Notes: generated by a model not told the origin, from the letters alone. Counted from the stretch's first letter, positions 28,993-39,440 are shown. The stretch: DNA of 64,000 bases from Candidatus Latescibacterota bacterium (GCA_965242865.1 CBDETK010000013.1:2368001-2432000), one strand, 5' to 3'. A program made the numbers and translations.

Positions 28993-29772
28993 GTGCAGCT
29001 CGGCCTCTTAGTTACCAATTTGCGCGAGCTTGAAGAGTCGGCCGACTGGGACTTTGACTACCTCGAAGGCTTTCCCGGGCTGCTGGGGATCGATGCCGAC
29101 GATCTCCAGACCGAGCGGGCGTGTCTAGCGCTTTTGGAAAAACACCCGTTGCAGATGAAGACGATGTGCGGCTTTATTCCCGATCCGCAGGGGCGCGGGC
29201 TGATGGTCGTCGGCCCCGACGCGAGCTTGGACCGGCTACGTGCCTTTGTGACGCGGGTCTTCGACCGCATGCAGCGGGCCGGAGTTGAGGTCATCGGCTA
29301 TGGGAGCGGTGGTTCGCGCTGGGTGCCGGCCGGTTTCGACCGCAACAGAGCGCGTCAACAGGTCGCCGACTTCTTGCACCTGTGCGCGGACCTCGGCGAA
29401 CCGCGGGGCGTCAAGGTCGCGCTCGAGCCGTACAATCGCGACGACGCCAACCTGCTCAATACCGTGTCCGAAGCGACCGAGTTCATAAAGGATGTCAACC
29501 GTTCCCACGCCAAGCTGATGGCCGACTTTTTCCACATCAAGCTCAACGGCGAATCCTTTGACGCGCTCAAAGAAGCCGGGCCGCACCTGATCCACGCCCA
29601 CCTGGCCGAACCGGGGCGCGGCCGGCCGCAAACCACGCCGGCCGACCACGCGCTCTTTCTACAGACGTTGCTAGCATCCGGCTACGACGGGCGAGTAACC
29701 CTGAGCGGTGCGCTGCCGGCATACCCCGACGACGGTGCGACCGCCATCGCCCTCAAGACAGCCCTCGCTTGA
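28993..29772 (+). CDS. Sugar phosphate isomerase/epimerase (TIM barrel)
   Basis: 'ALEPYN', 'ADFFH', 'HAHLAE'. Confidence 0.85.
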   Translation: MQLGLLVTNLRELEESADWDFDYLEGFPGLLGIDADDLQTERACLALLEKHPLQMKTMCGFIPDPQGRGLMVVGPDASLDRLRAFVTRVFDRMQRAGVEVIGYGSGGSRWVPAGFDRNRARQQVADFLHLCADLGEPRGVKVALEPYNRDDANLLNTVSEATEFIKDVNRSHAKLMADFFHIKLNGESFDALKEAGPHLIHAHLAEPGRGRPQTTPADHALFLQTLLASGYDGRVTLSGALPAYPDDGATAIALKTALA

Positions 29773-30434
29773 AGGTCCCCTCGTTTGCTTACCGCCGCAT
29801 GGTCGATCTTTCGCGGCCCATCACGCCATCGGAAGGTCGCTTCATCCACTATCGCACGGCGCGCGTACCCGTTGACGACCCGCCGACCGACCGCTGGTAC
29901 ATCACCACCAGCATCGAGATGGGCGGTCACGCCGGCACCCATGTCGAGGGGCCGTTACACGCGGTACAAGGCGGCCCGGCCATCGCCGATCTCGATGTCG
30001 AGTGCTTTTTCGGCGAGGCCATCGTCTTCGACTTTTGCAATGCGCCGCTGGGCGAGCCGCTTTCGCCAGCGCAACTCCAACGGGCCGCTGACCCGGGTGG
30101 AGGCGTCCGCCCAGGGGACATCGCGCTCTTCCGCTTTGACTGGGATCAACGGGCGACCGCAGGAGCTTATCCGCCGTACCCTTCAACCGCGGCCTTGCGC
30201 TGGCTCGTCGAGGCCGGCGTCAAACTAGTCGGCATCGACACCCCCGGCTTAGACATTCCGGGCGACCGCAGCCTACCAAACCATCGCGTACTCTTCGCAC
30301 ACCGCATTCCCCTGATCGAAAGCCTAGACCGCTTGGGCGACCTGCGCCAACCTCGCGTCTATCTTTTCGCCCAGCCGCTGCCAGCGGCCGCAACCGACGC
30401 CATTCCGCTGCGCGTACTCGCCTTTGAAGGGTAG
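29769..30434 (+). CDS. Cyclase (kynurenine formamidase-like) family protein
   Basis: 'HAGTHVEGPLH', 'VGIDTP', 'NHRVL..LIESL'. Confidence 0.85.
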   Translation: MKVPSFAYRRMVDLSRPITPSEGRFIHYRTARVPVDDPPTDRWYITTSIEMGGHAGTHVEGPLHAVQGGPAIADLDVECFFGEAIVFDFCNAPLGEPLSPAQLQRAADPGGGVRPGDIALFRFDWDQRATAGAYPPYPSTAALRWLVEAGVKLVGIDTPGLDIPGDRSLPNHRVLFAHRIPLIESLDRLGDLRQPRVYLFAQPLPAAATDAIPLRVLAFEG

Positions 30435-30584
30435 ATAAGGCCCGCGCCGGAGGTTCCCGCCGTTGGCAGCTATCCGATGCTGTGCGTGCGAATCGAGCCG
30501 GTTTCGTTGACAAGGGTACAGACGATTTCGACCTTAAAAACGTAGGAGACGAGGGCATAAGCAGACCCCGCCTTGGAGACCCTG

Positions 30585-31340
30585 ATGACCGTCATTCACA
30601 CAACCGACGATCTGATCCACCTGCTGAACGAAAACGACGAGTTCCGCCAAGCCGTCCGCCGCCACGTTCTCAGCGACGAGCTGCTTCAGCTACCCGAGCG
30701 GTTTGCCAAGTTCGAGACGCGCGTCGAGAGCTTTATTGACGAGCAGCGGCAGTTCAATGAGGAGCAGCGGCAGATTAATGAGCGGGTGGATCGGCGTTTC
30801 GACAGCATCGACAAGACCCTTGACGAGCAGCGGCAGTTTAATGACGAGCAGCGGCAGTTTAACAAGGATCAGCGGCAGTTTAACCAGCGAATGGAGACTG
30901 CTATCGGCGAATTGCGCGGCAAAGTAGCCCGACAGGTGGTCGGCGCACACTTCCTAGAGATCTGCGACGGCATGGGCTTCCAGTTTAAGGGGCTCTTGAT
31001 GAGGCGGGACCTCGGCCAGTTGATTTTCCAACGCAAACCCGCCGAGACCGCCGACATTCCCCAAAACCACCGGCGCAGCTTTGTTCGCGCCGATCTGGTC
31101 ATCGAGGTCACGGACTCCGCGGGGGCTATCCACTATATCGCGGTCGAGGCTTCCTACACGGCCGACCAACGCGATACGAGCCGCGCCCAGCGCAACGCCG
31201 CCCTACTCACTCGGTTCACGGGGCATCCCGCCCACGCCGCCATTGCCAGCGTCCGCAACGTCCGCGAAATCCAGCCGCTGATCGACAACGGCGCGGTGTA
31301 CTGGTACGCCCTCGACCCCAGCGACTTCACTCCCGAGTAG
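30585..31340 (+). CDS. Coiled-coil protein with EQRQFN heptad repeats and PD-(D/E)xK-like C-terminus
   Basis: 21-bp GAGCAGCGGCAGTT repeats at 30741-30885; 'ADLVIE..YIAVEAS..DTSRA'. Confidence 0.7.
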   Translation: MTVIHTTDDLIHLLNENDEFRQAVRRHVLSDELLQLPERFAKFETRVESFIDEQRQFNEEQRQINERVDRRFDSIDKTLDEQRQFNDEQRQFNKDQRQFNQRMETAIGELRGKVARQVVGAHFLEICDGMGFQFKGLLMRRDLGQLIFQRKPAETADIPQNHRRSFVRADLVIEVTDSAGAIHYIAVEASYTADQRDTSRAQRNAALLTRFTGHPAHAAIASVRNVREIQPLIDNGAVYWYALDPSDFTPE

Positions 31341-31408
31341 GCCCCGGCCCGCTGCGTCTGGGCTTGAGTGCTGGTCGCAAACTCGCGCAACAAATCGCGT
31401 CTTGGGGA

Positions 31409-32428
31409 TCAGAAGTCATTCCGCACCCTCTCCGGCAATCCCGATCGAAGGGAAGCCCAACACGCAAGCCCGGTGGCGACCACCCTAGCCCCCTCGCGGA
31501 CCCCAACCCAAGGCTTTGTGCCGTTCAGGACGCAATCGGCCATGTGCCGCATCATGACGATCATCTCGCTAGCGTGGCCCCGCATGGATGAAAATTCGGC
31601 GGCTATCGTGTGCGCCGGCAGGTCGCCGGTTGGATCGAGGCTCTTTATTCCGTTGAGAATGGTGCCACGGGTCCCATAAACGGTCAGGCTATTCGTCGGG
31701 ATGTCGTGCGGGTGTACGACGCCGAGGAAGTTTGCGATGCGTCCGATCTTGCCAGATGTAAACTTCACATTGATGACGAAGTTGTCCTCTTGGGGATACT
31801 CTGGGGCGACGCCGCTGCGTAGCCCGTAACAGTGGACTTCGTCGATGTCGCCCATGAACCAGCGCAGCAGATCGATGGGGTGGCAGGCACCGCCCAAGAT
31901 CAGGTCTTGCGGCATCTCGACTCGCCAAGGGGAGTATTCGTAAACCGGGCGGAGGTCGTGAACGTAGTGGGCCTCGGCCATGAAGAGGTCGCCGATTTCT
32001 CCAGCGTCGCAGGCGCGCTTCGCTTCGATGAAGTCATACCGGCCGCGCAGACTCTGGGTGACGAGCAGCACTTTGCCGGCTCGGTCCACGGCTTCCACGA
32101 CTTGTTCGACCTCTTCCATCGTGTACACCATCGACTTGGTGACCATCACGTGTTTGCCCGCGTCGAGCGCGGTCAGGATCTGCTCGGCGTGGAGGGGGCC
32201 GGGCGTGTAGATGCCGATGATGTCGAGGTCACTGCGCGCAACCAGTTCGTTGAAATCAGAGGTCAGGGCGGTGATCCCGAATTCGCGGCCAAGCGCTTCG
32301 AGTTGGTCCTGCTGCGGGTCGCACAGGGCGGTGACGCGGATCGGCAAGGTGCTGTTTTCTGGCTGATTGGCGCCGAGCAATGTCCGGCCATGGCCAAGCC
32401 CGGCGACGCCGATGCGGAGTCGGCTCAT
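31409..32428 (-). CDS. Gfo/Idh/MocA family oxidoreductase
   Basis: 'IGVAGLGHG', 'HVMVTKS', 'GACHPIDL'. Confidence 0.9.
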   Translation of the reverse strand: MSRLRIGVAGLGHGRTLLGANQPENSTLPIRVTALCDPQQDQLEALGREFGITALTSDFNELVARSDLDIIGIYTPGPLHAEQILTALDAGKHVMVTKSMVYTMEEVEQVVEAVDRAGKVLLVTQSLRGRYDFIEAKRACDAGEIGDLFMAEAHYVHDLRPVYEYSPWRVEMPQDLILGGACHPIDLLRWFMGDIDEVHCYGLRSGVAPEYPQEDNFVINVKFTSGKIGRIANFLGVVHPHDIPTNSLTVYGTRGTILNGIKSLDPTGDLPAHTIAAEFSSMRGHASEMIVMMRHMADCVLNGTKPWVGVREGARVVATGLACWASLRSGLPERVRNDF

Positions 32429-32466
32429 TTCGTCTCTCCCGTTGATAGTGCTGTTGGTCGGCGGAA

Positions 32467-33687
32467 CTACGGGCGGATCGCGGCCTGCCAACTGGCGATG
32501 AAGTCGGCCGTACCGTAGTTCGCAGGCATCTCATTGAAGTAGTGCTTCATTGGGGTGGCTTGAAAGCCCGGCACAAAGTGTTCTGTGTCCGCTTGGAGCA
32601 GGGCTTCGAGCGGACTGAAGCGATCCCAAAGCAACCGCGCCTCATCCGGGGTGAAGCGGTCGGCGAATTGCGGCCCCCAGTTGAGCGTGATGGGGTGCTT
32701 CCCGAGGACGCGATTTCGGAGGTCTTCGGCAATTCCATCAAGCGGGGGAGCCTTTTGCAGGCGGATCGCAAGCGCGGCCTTGCAGAGAAAGACCGTTGAC
32801 AGAATTCTGCCTTTCTCGGCCCGCTCTGGGTGGAGGCCGTTTAGGGCACTCAAATACGCGGCACCATCGCCAGCGAGAACGGCTCGCAGAGCCGATTCCG
32901 TATGCTGCTTCATCTTCTCACTGCGGTCGTTCCAGCGCGTGAACGCCGCCTGTGCGTCCGCGGAGAGGTGGTCGGTAAACGAGAACTCGTCTATTGAAGT
33001 ATAGGTCGAGAAGCCGCCGTGAACGGTTCGCCGCATTTTGGGGCTGTAGTTGCTGCCCCAGTGGAGAATCGGGAGGATATAGACGACGCCGTCCCCGGCT
33101 TTGAGGTGCGTCTGGACGCCTTGGGACAACGGGCCGCACGGATCGGCCAACATCGCTTCGTTCTCTGCCGGCGTATTCAGCCGCAGATGGCTGCCCGGTA
33201 TCACCCACAGGACGCTATCTTCGTAGAGCGGGATATTCCATTGGACGTAACGCGGACCGCCTTCGAGGATGTCGTCGATATAGCCTTGGAGCGGTGCCGT
33301 GTCGATCGGGTGGAGATCGCGGTGCCATTTTGCCGGGCCGTGATCCCGGACGGGATTGCACATCATCATCATTTCGGTGACGGCTCCGTCCGCTATATCG
33401 AGGAGCTCGGTGCTGACGCCATGGATGTTCTCCTCGAGCCAGACCTCAACCGCTGGCGCGGTCTCTGGGTCAATCTGATGGACGAGGGGTGCTCTTGAAA
33501 GCTGTAGGCGCGGCTGCGGCGCGGTCTCCCACACGCCCCCTTCCGCACGCTCGGCCTTCCAATTCTCGCGCTGGCGGTTGACGAGCGTCTCGTACGCCTG
33601 CCGGACGTGTGCGAGTTTGTCGCGTGGCACGGCTTCCTTGACGATGAGGTAGCCCGTTTCCAAAAATTCGTCGCGGTTGAGCTTCAT
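32467..33687 (-). CDS. Phytanoyl-CoA dioxygenase (PhyH) family protein
   Basis: 'FLETGYL', 'WHRD', 'LWVIPGSH', 'LKAGD..ILHWG..RRT'. Confidence 0.85.
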   Translation of the reverse strand: MKLNRDEFLETGYLIVKEAVPRDKLAHVRQAYETLVNRQRENWKAERAEGGVWETAPQPRLQLSRAPLVHQIDPETAPAVEVWLEENIHGVSTELLDIADGAVTEMMMMCNPVRDHGPAKWHRDLHPIDTAPLQGYIDDILEGGPRYVQWNIPLYEDSVLWVIPGSHLRLNTPAENEAMLADPCGPLSQGVQTHLKAGDGVVYILPILHWGSNYSPKMRRTVHGGFSTYTSIDEFSFTDHLSADAQAAFTRWNDRSEKMKQHTESALRAVLAGDGAAYLSALNGLHPERAEKGRILSTVFLCKAALAIRLQKAPPLDGIAEDLRNRVLGKHPITLNWGPQFADRFTPDEARLLWDRFSPLEALLQADTEHFVPGFQATPMKHYFNEMPANYGTADFIASWQAAIRP

Positions 33688-33784
33688 GGTGAACTCCGAG
33701 CAGGATAGAGGAGCGTTTCTTGACTTTCGAGATGTTTTCGTTGTACTTTCGATTTCCCTAATAGACTAATAATAGAGCAATCTA

Positions 33785-34920
33785 TAGCAATCCGAAATGC
33801 CTTGAAAGGTTAAGGTTTTCTTTTTATGTTGTCATTTCGTTTTCTATCGTCCCTTTTTCAGGAGTGTTTTCAGCTGGTTTCCGATCGTTCTTTATCCAAT
33901 TTTATCGCCAGCAACCCCGACGCCCGTGAACTCAAACGTGCGGTCGCGGTTCAGATGACTCTGTTGGGGGTCAAACAAGGTATGATTCAAGCGGTGCTCG
34001 GCGTTCCGTCGGGGTTCATCCGTACGTGGAAGAAGCGGTATCTATCTGAGGGGGTCGAATGCTTGCGCTTAGGCTATAAAGGCTCGCCGTCCTATTTGTC
34101 GGCTGCTCAGCGGGCGCAAATCACCCGCTGGTTAGCCACCCCATCACAGCCCTCGGTGGCGTCGTTGGCCTCCTATATCCAAACGCAGTTCGGCGTGGTG
34201 TATCGCTCCTCACAGCGTTACTACGCTCTGCTCTCGCAGGCGGGCTATCGTCGGAAGAAGCCCCACGCCCGTTCGTCCCAAGCCGACCCGCGCCAAGGGA
34301 TCGCACGGCGCGCTGAGATAAAAAAAAACTAGCCGCGTATATGCCAGATCTCCAAGCGGGGCGTTTGAGTGCCTTTTTTGTCGACGAGTCGCATCTACAC
34401 TGGGGGGATGCCTGTGGGTATGCTGGGGGCCGGTCCGACCAACGGCTTAGGGTGTGCATGGACAACGCCCGTCAACGCCAGACCTATTATGGGGCTTTGG
34501 ATGTCGTCAAGGGCACCTTCCTGATGCAAAGCGATCCTAAGGCCAACGCGCAGCATACGGTGGACTTTATACGCTCTATACAACAGCGTCGTCCCGGTCA
34601 ACGGTTGTTGATTTTTTGGGATGGAGCTTCCTATCATCGTCAACAGGCCATGCGCACCGTTCTCGAAACGATACAAGCGGACTGCACGCCGGATCAATGG
34701 AAGATATGCTGTATGCGATTGGCCCCTTATACACCGCAAGAAAATCCCGTCGAAGATATTTGGTTAAAAGGGAAAACTTTTGTGCGTACCCATGCCTTGT
34801 GGACTACAAGCTTTGAACAGGTCAAAGACCTCTTTGTCAAGGGAATTCGGCGAAAAAAATACTCCCAGTTCCCTAAGTTACAGCAATATATAACATCTCT
34901 TGAATAATTTAGAATTGCTA
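33785..34920 (+). mobile_element. IS630-family insertion sequence
   Basis: Imperfect TIRs TAGCAATCCGAAAT / ATTTAGAATTGCTA, each flanked by TA; split transposase. Confidence 0.9.
33826..34907 (+). CDS. IS630 transposase; orfA 33826-34332 and orfB to 34907, joined by a -1 frameshift at A9
   Basis: HTH orfA ending EIKKN at A9 (34320-34328); DDE motifs VDES, WDGASYH, NPVEDIW. Confidence 0.88.
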
Positions 34921-35546
34921 TAGCGAAGAAGTTGGTCTTTCTTTTTTTCGACTAGTACCTCGCCGATGACGCTGCTGTTGTATTGAAATCGTGCGCCGAT
35001 AAAACTAGCGGCGGCCAAGCCGTTGGCGAGGGCATCCGGCATTTTGGTCAGTTCGAGATTGCCGTCGCGTTCAATCAGCTCGCCGGAAAACGATAACGGC
35101 TCTTGTTGCGCGGCTTTCTGCACCGTCCCATCGTAGCGCAAGTAGTGCTGGCCAGATGAAGCCGAAGAAGATGATGGATCACTCGGCGGCACCGCGCTCT
35201 GTATTTTGGTGACAAGGGGCTCGCACGGAGCCGATATGGCCAAGGTTCGCTTTGTGGAATCACAGTAACGCGCCTCCAATGTTATGCGTTGGTTGAAGTC
35301 GAGTTTGTGAAAGAGAGCAGATAAATCGGCGAATTCGCGAACTCCATAATTGCGGAAGGTCTGTATTTGCAGGGGCAGTTGCATATTGGCAGAACCAGAC
35401 AAGAGGAATATCGCTTCCAAAATGGAAGTCTTGCCTACGTCGTTTGCGCCGAGCAAGATGTTGAACGTTCCCAAGCCATCGAGATCGAGGCTCGATAGCC
35501 CGCGAAAACCTCTAATTTTGAGCGCGTCCAAGTGTGTGTGTTTCAT
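34921..35546 (-). pseudogene. AAA/ABC-type ATPase gene truncated by IS630
   Basis: 'IRGFRGL', Walker A GANDVGKTSILEA; interrupted at the TA before any Walker B. Confidence 0.8.
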
Positions 35547-35590
35547 TGAGCATCCCTTGGGACTGGGCTATCAGTACGGGCTTAAAATGC

Positions 35591-35621
35591 CGTAGGGAAG
35601 GGTTGCAAGCCCTTCCCTACG
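35591..35621. repeat. 12-bp perfect stem hairpin (GTAG-type REP or terminator)
   Basis: CGTAGGGAAGGG-N7-CCCTTCCCTACG. Confidence 0.6.
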
Positions 35622-35644
35622 CATAATTCACACTCGTTTGCACA

Positions 35645-36055
35645 CTACACTTCAAGCACAAAATCGGGATCTGACATGTTCTTTCTGAACTCGGCGAAAT
35701 CCTTTAGCGGATTCTCTTGAATGATACCGAGAGTGCCGTTGAGAGCTGTTTGCAGTTGCTGGTCATTACCCGTGTCCACCGCCCGATGCAGCAGGCTGTA
35801 GAACTGTTCCAGTGCGCCCTTGCGCTCTGCGAACCGATGCTCAAAGTAAGAAAGGACGACTTCCTTCTCGTTGTTGAGTTCGGTGACAATCGCGGCGCGC
35901 TTGGCCCAGATGTATTCCCTCTTTGTCTGCTCCTCTTGGCGCGTATTGAGGTATTCTACTGCCTCGGTAACAACAGCCAAGACGTTGACAGCACTGACGA
36001 CTTTGCCACCGCCTTTCGCCACAGTTGAGCCGACCTTCCTCAGAGCTTGTGACAT
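35645..36055 (-). CDS. Helical hypothetical protein
   Basis: 136-aa ORF in lower-GC DNA, 15 nt after the upstream gene. Confidence 0.75.
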   Translation of the reverse strand: MSQALRKVGSTVAKGGGKVVSAVNVLAVVTEAVEYLNTRQEEQTKREYIWAKRAAIVTELNNEKEVVLSYFEHRFAERKGALEQFYSLLHRAVDTGNDQQLQTALNGTLGIIQENPLKDFAEFRKNMSDPDFVLEV

Positions 36056-36070
36056 AAGTTGTACAATCCC

Positions 36071-36967
36071 TTAGTTAAGAGTGATGTTTCCGTTTTTATC
36101 GACGAAAGTGACATCAAGAAGTTCGCCTAGGGCCTTTGCCGTGCGAGCGACTTTATAAGCGTCCTCGAGGTTTGCCGGGGAGCTTTGGTCAAGCAAGTTC
36201 TGAAGTGCTCGGTCTGCTTGGTCGGTAGCCTCGTGCAACTCATCTACCCGGCGCAGTACAATTTTGACCACTGCCAGTTGCTGCTCCATCTTCGCCTCAG
36301 CTACGTCCATCTCAGCGATTTTCTTCTCTACCTCCGTCTCGACTTTTTCAGCCTTGGAACTGGCGAAAAATCCTGCCACCAACAAGGCCGGTCCGACGAC
36401 GAGTCCGCCGAGTACCATAGTACCGGCTGCCACGCCGCCACCGCCGGCAGCAACTGAGCCACCGCCCAACCAAGCGAGTGTTGCGCTTTTGGCCGCCGCA
36501 CCGCTAAGGACCCCTATTGCTGTGCCTGTCGAAGCCGTGCCAAGCGCACCAACTAAGCTGTAAACACCTGCTGCTGTCGCCACGCCCGCAGCCCCACTGC
36601 TAGCAAGGCCGCCGAGCACTTCAGCCGCCTGTACAGACGCACTCTCCCACTCAGCCAATTGCTGAGGCGTAATTTTAAGTCGCTGCTCCAAGTCGCGGTC
36701 GCGAATCTTCGCCTTCTTTAGAAAATCTACGGCCCGTCCCAGCGTAATGAGTGCTTTGAGCCGCCGCTTTCCGAGGGAGTCGAACTTCGCATCTGCTGTC
36801 TGCCCCCAACGCTTATAGCGCCGCTCAGCATTTCTGTACTGTCTGAGACGACGGTCGTAGTGTTCTTTAGCGTTTCTGATTTTGTCTTTGGCATTTAGTA
36901 CCATAGCACCGCCGCCTAAAGCACTCGCAACGGCAGCACCTACGGCAATAATGATTGGAAGTGGCAT
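36071..36967 (-). CDS. Coiled-coil protein with long Gly/Ala hydrophobic hairpin (glycine zipper)
   Basis: RBS AAGGAG before MPLPIII; 'ASTGTAIGVLSGAAAKSATLAWLGGGSVAAGGGG'. Confidence 0.8.
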   Translation of the reverse strand: MPLPIIIAVGAAVASALGGGAMVLNAKDKIRNAKEHYDRRLRQYRNAERRYKRWGQTADAKFDSLGKRRLKALITLGRAVDFLKKAKIRDRDLEQRLKITPQQLAEWESASVQAAEVLGGLASSGAAGVATAAGVYSLVGALGTASTGTAIGVLSGAAAKSATLAWLGGGSVAAGGGGVAAGTMVLGGLVVGPALLVAGFFASSKAEKVETEVEKKIAEMDVAEAKMEQQLAVVKIVLRRVDELHEATDQADRALQNLLDQSSPANLEDAYKVARTAKALGELLDVTFVDKNGNITLN

Positions 36968-37184
36968 GACGAATACTCCTTTAGTGAAAGGGGATGATCT
37001 GTAGTTGCTCTTTGCAAATAAGTCGTAGATATAGTACGCGGTCTTTCTTTGCAAAGTCAAGACTCAAAAAATCGGCCCTCCAACCGCCCATTTTCCCGCG
37101 CACGGCTGGCATCTGCGGCCCGAGTCCCTATCTTAAAGCCGCCTTTGCGGGCACATCGCCCGCGTTGCCAAATAGGACGCATCT

Positions 37185-38522
37185 ATGGACAGCGAACAAC
37201 GCAGCATCCGCGAGGCCCCCACCCATTTCGGCGGCCTCCTACGTAACATCGGCCCCGGCGTCATCGTTTCGGGATCAGTCGTCGGCTCAGGCGAGTTGTT
37301 GGTGACGACGCGGATGGGGGCCGAGGTCGGCTTTGTCTTTTTGTGGGGCGTGATCTTGGCCTGTTTGGTCAAGTTTGCGATACAACTCGAATTGGGTCGG
37401 CAGTGTCTGTTGCGCAAAAGCAGCACCGTGCAAATCCTCGACCAAGTGCCGGGCGTACGCTGGCGCGGCACCTCGTGGATCGCGTGGCTCTGCGTGGCAG
37501 GCTACTTCTCGGTGACAGTGGCCGTCATCGGCATCTTGGGGTCGGTGGCTGGGCTGATGGGCGCGGTGTTTCCCTTTGCGCCCGAATCAGTGTGGGCGGT
37601 AGGGCTGTTCCTCGCCATGTCGGTCTTGCTCTGGCGGGGGCTATACGGCGACTTGGAGAAAATGGTCTCCGCGCTGGTGGCGACCTTCAGTTTGGTCGTC
37701 GTCGGCTCGGTGCTCGCCCTGCAAGGCACGGGCTACGCCATCAGCAGCGCGCAAATCGCCTCGGGCTTTCGCTTGGCCATGCCGGCCGAAGGCGCGTTTG
37801 TGGCCCTCGCGGTAATGGGGTCGGTCGGCGCGACCGCGGTCGAGCTGTTCATGTATCCCTATTGGATCGTGGAAAAAGGCTACCCGGATTTCGTCGGGCC
37901 AAAAGACCATAGCCCGGCATGGCAGGCGCGATACCGGGGTTGGATGCGGGTTTTGATCACCGATGCCGGCGTGTGTACGGGCATTGCGCTGGTGGTCACG
38001 TGCGCGTATTACCTGCTGGGCGCGTCCGTGCTCAATCAGCTACAAGTCTTGCCCGAAGGCATGAAAGTCGTTGAGCAAGTCTCGCTCATTTTCACCGAGA
38101 GCATTGGCGGCTGGGCGTACTATCTCTTCATGTTCGGGGGGTTTTGCACGCTCTTTTCCACGCTGCTGGTCTTTGCCGCTTCTTCGGGGCGGATCGGCGC
38201 GGACTTTCTGCGGCAACTCAAGGTGCGCGCGCTGGCCGGAGAAGCGGGTTATCGCCGCTGGGTCCGCATTTTCCAAATCGGCTTCCCGTTTGGCTGGCTG
38301 CTCTTCATATTGTTCGACCCGCACACCCTCGACTTTGTGCTCAAAGGGGCCAACGCCAACAATCTGTTGCTCATCCCCATGGCCTACGCCGTGCTGCACT
38401 TAGCCATGCGCACCCCGGCCGACGAGCGCATGTCGCTCAAGACCGAGCTGGCCTTGCTCTTCACCTTATGGGCCATCATCAACTTCACGGCGATCAATCT
38501 GTTTAAGTTGGCTGGGCACTAG
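37185..38522 (+). CDS. Nramp-like family transporter
   Basis: 'IGPG..VVGSGEL', about 11 TM helices, 'YPYW', 'TLFST'. Confidence 0.85.
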   Translation: MDSEQRSIREAPTHFGGLLRNIGPGVIVSGSVVGSGELLVTTRMGAEVGFVFLWGVILACLVKFAIQLELGRQCLLRKSSTVQILDQVPGVRWRGTSWIAWLCVAGYFSVTVAVIGILGSVAGLMGAVFPFAPESVWAVGLFLAMSVLLWRGLYGDLEKMVSALVATFSLVVVGSVLALQGTGYAISSAQIASGFRLAMPAEGAFVALAVMGSVGATAVELFMYPYWIVEKGYPDFVGPKDHSPAWQARYRGWMRVLITDAGVCTGIALVVTCAYYLLGASVLNQLQVLPEGMKVVEQVSLIFTESIGGWAYYLFMFGGFCTLFSTLLVFAASSGRIGADFLRQLKVRALAGEAGYRRWVRIFQIGFPFGWLLFILFDPHTLDFVLKGANANNLLLIPMAYAVLHLAMRTPADERMSLKTELALLFTLWAIINFTAINLFKLAGH

Positions 38523-38690
38523 CCGCTGGCGGCCCTTTTTTCGCTGGGCTTACTACTCGGCCCGGCCGCCGCCGCGAAAACCCCTCATTCCGCTTCGGCA
38601 GAATCCGCACCCGCTTGGGCCGCTGGGCAATCCACTCTCGCCGCCATTTCCGCCGCGCCATGTCCTCGCGCTCCTTTCCGGTAGTACGCC

Positions 38691-39440
38691 TTACTGTATT
38701 TTCAACATATCCTCGTAGCGCAGCCCAGTGCCCCCGAAAATGTCCAGGGCCGCGCCCACCGTAAAATCCAATTTCCCTTGGCCGAGCCGGGCGAGAATCT
38801 CGAGGTCCGCAGGGCTGCACACGCCGCCGGCATAGGTCGTCGGGATGGGCGCGATCTCGCCCAAGAGCGCGACGAGTTCGGCATCGACGCCCTGCTGCTT
38901 GCCTTCGACCCCGGTGGCGTGAATGAGGAATTCGCTGCAAGACTCGGCGAGGTGTGCCAAGGCGTCCGCGCTGAGTGCCAAGTCCGTGGCCTTTTGCCAG
39001 CGGTCGGTCATCACCACGTAGCACCCAGCGCGTTTGCTGCAACTAAGGTCTAAGACCAGCCGCTCGCGCCCCACCGCCGCGACCAGTTGCGCCAGTCGGC
39101 CGCGGTGAAGTTGCCCATTGCGAAAGATATGGGAAGTGACGATCACCTGCGCGGCACCGCGGCTGAGCCAAGCCGCCGCATTGTCCGGGCGAATGCCGCC
39201 GCCGACCTGCAAGCCCCCCGGGAAGGCGGCCAGTGCCTGCGCGGCCGCGGCCTCGTTGCCCGGGCCGAGCATGATGACGTGGCCGCCGGCGAGCTGGTCG
39301 CGGCCATAGCGCGCCGCAAAGTAAGCAGGAGGCTGGGGGGCGATGAAGTGGGTTTGGGGGGCCATGCCGTCGCGCAAGCTGGTGCCGACGATCTGCTTGA
39401 CGCGCCCCTCGTGCAGGTCAATGCAGGGCCGGAAGCGCAT
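38691..39440 (-). CDS. hisA: ProFAR isomerase, His6/eukaryote-type HisA
   Basis: 'FRPCIDLHEGRVKQIVG', 'GGHVIMLG', 'LVLDLSC', 'DRWQ', 'EFLIHA..VEG'. Confidence 0.9.
   Translation of the reverse strand: MRFRPCIDLHEGRVKQIVGTSLRDGMAPQTHFIAPQPPAYFAARYGRDQLAGGHVIMLGPGNEAAAAQALAAFPGGLQVGGGIRPDNAAAWLSRGAAQVIVTSHIFRNGQLHRGRLAQLVAAVGRERLVLDLSCSKRAGCYVVMTDRWQKATDLALSADALAHLAESCSEFLIHATGVEGKQQGVDAELVALLGEIAPIPTTYAGGVCSPADLEILARLGQGKLDFTVGAALDIFGGTGLRYEDMLKIQ

Noticed and set aside
38691-39440. Eukaryote-to-bacterium transfer of His6-type hisA
   Set aside because: This subtype is already known in various bacteria and the composition matches neighbouring genes.
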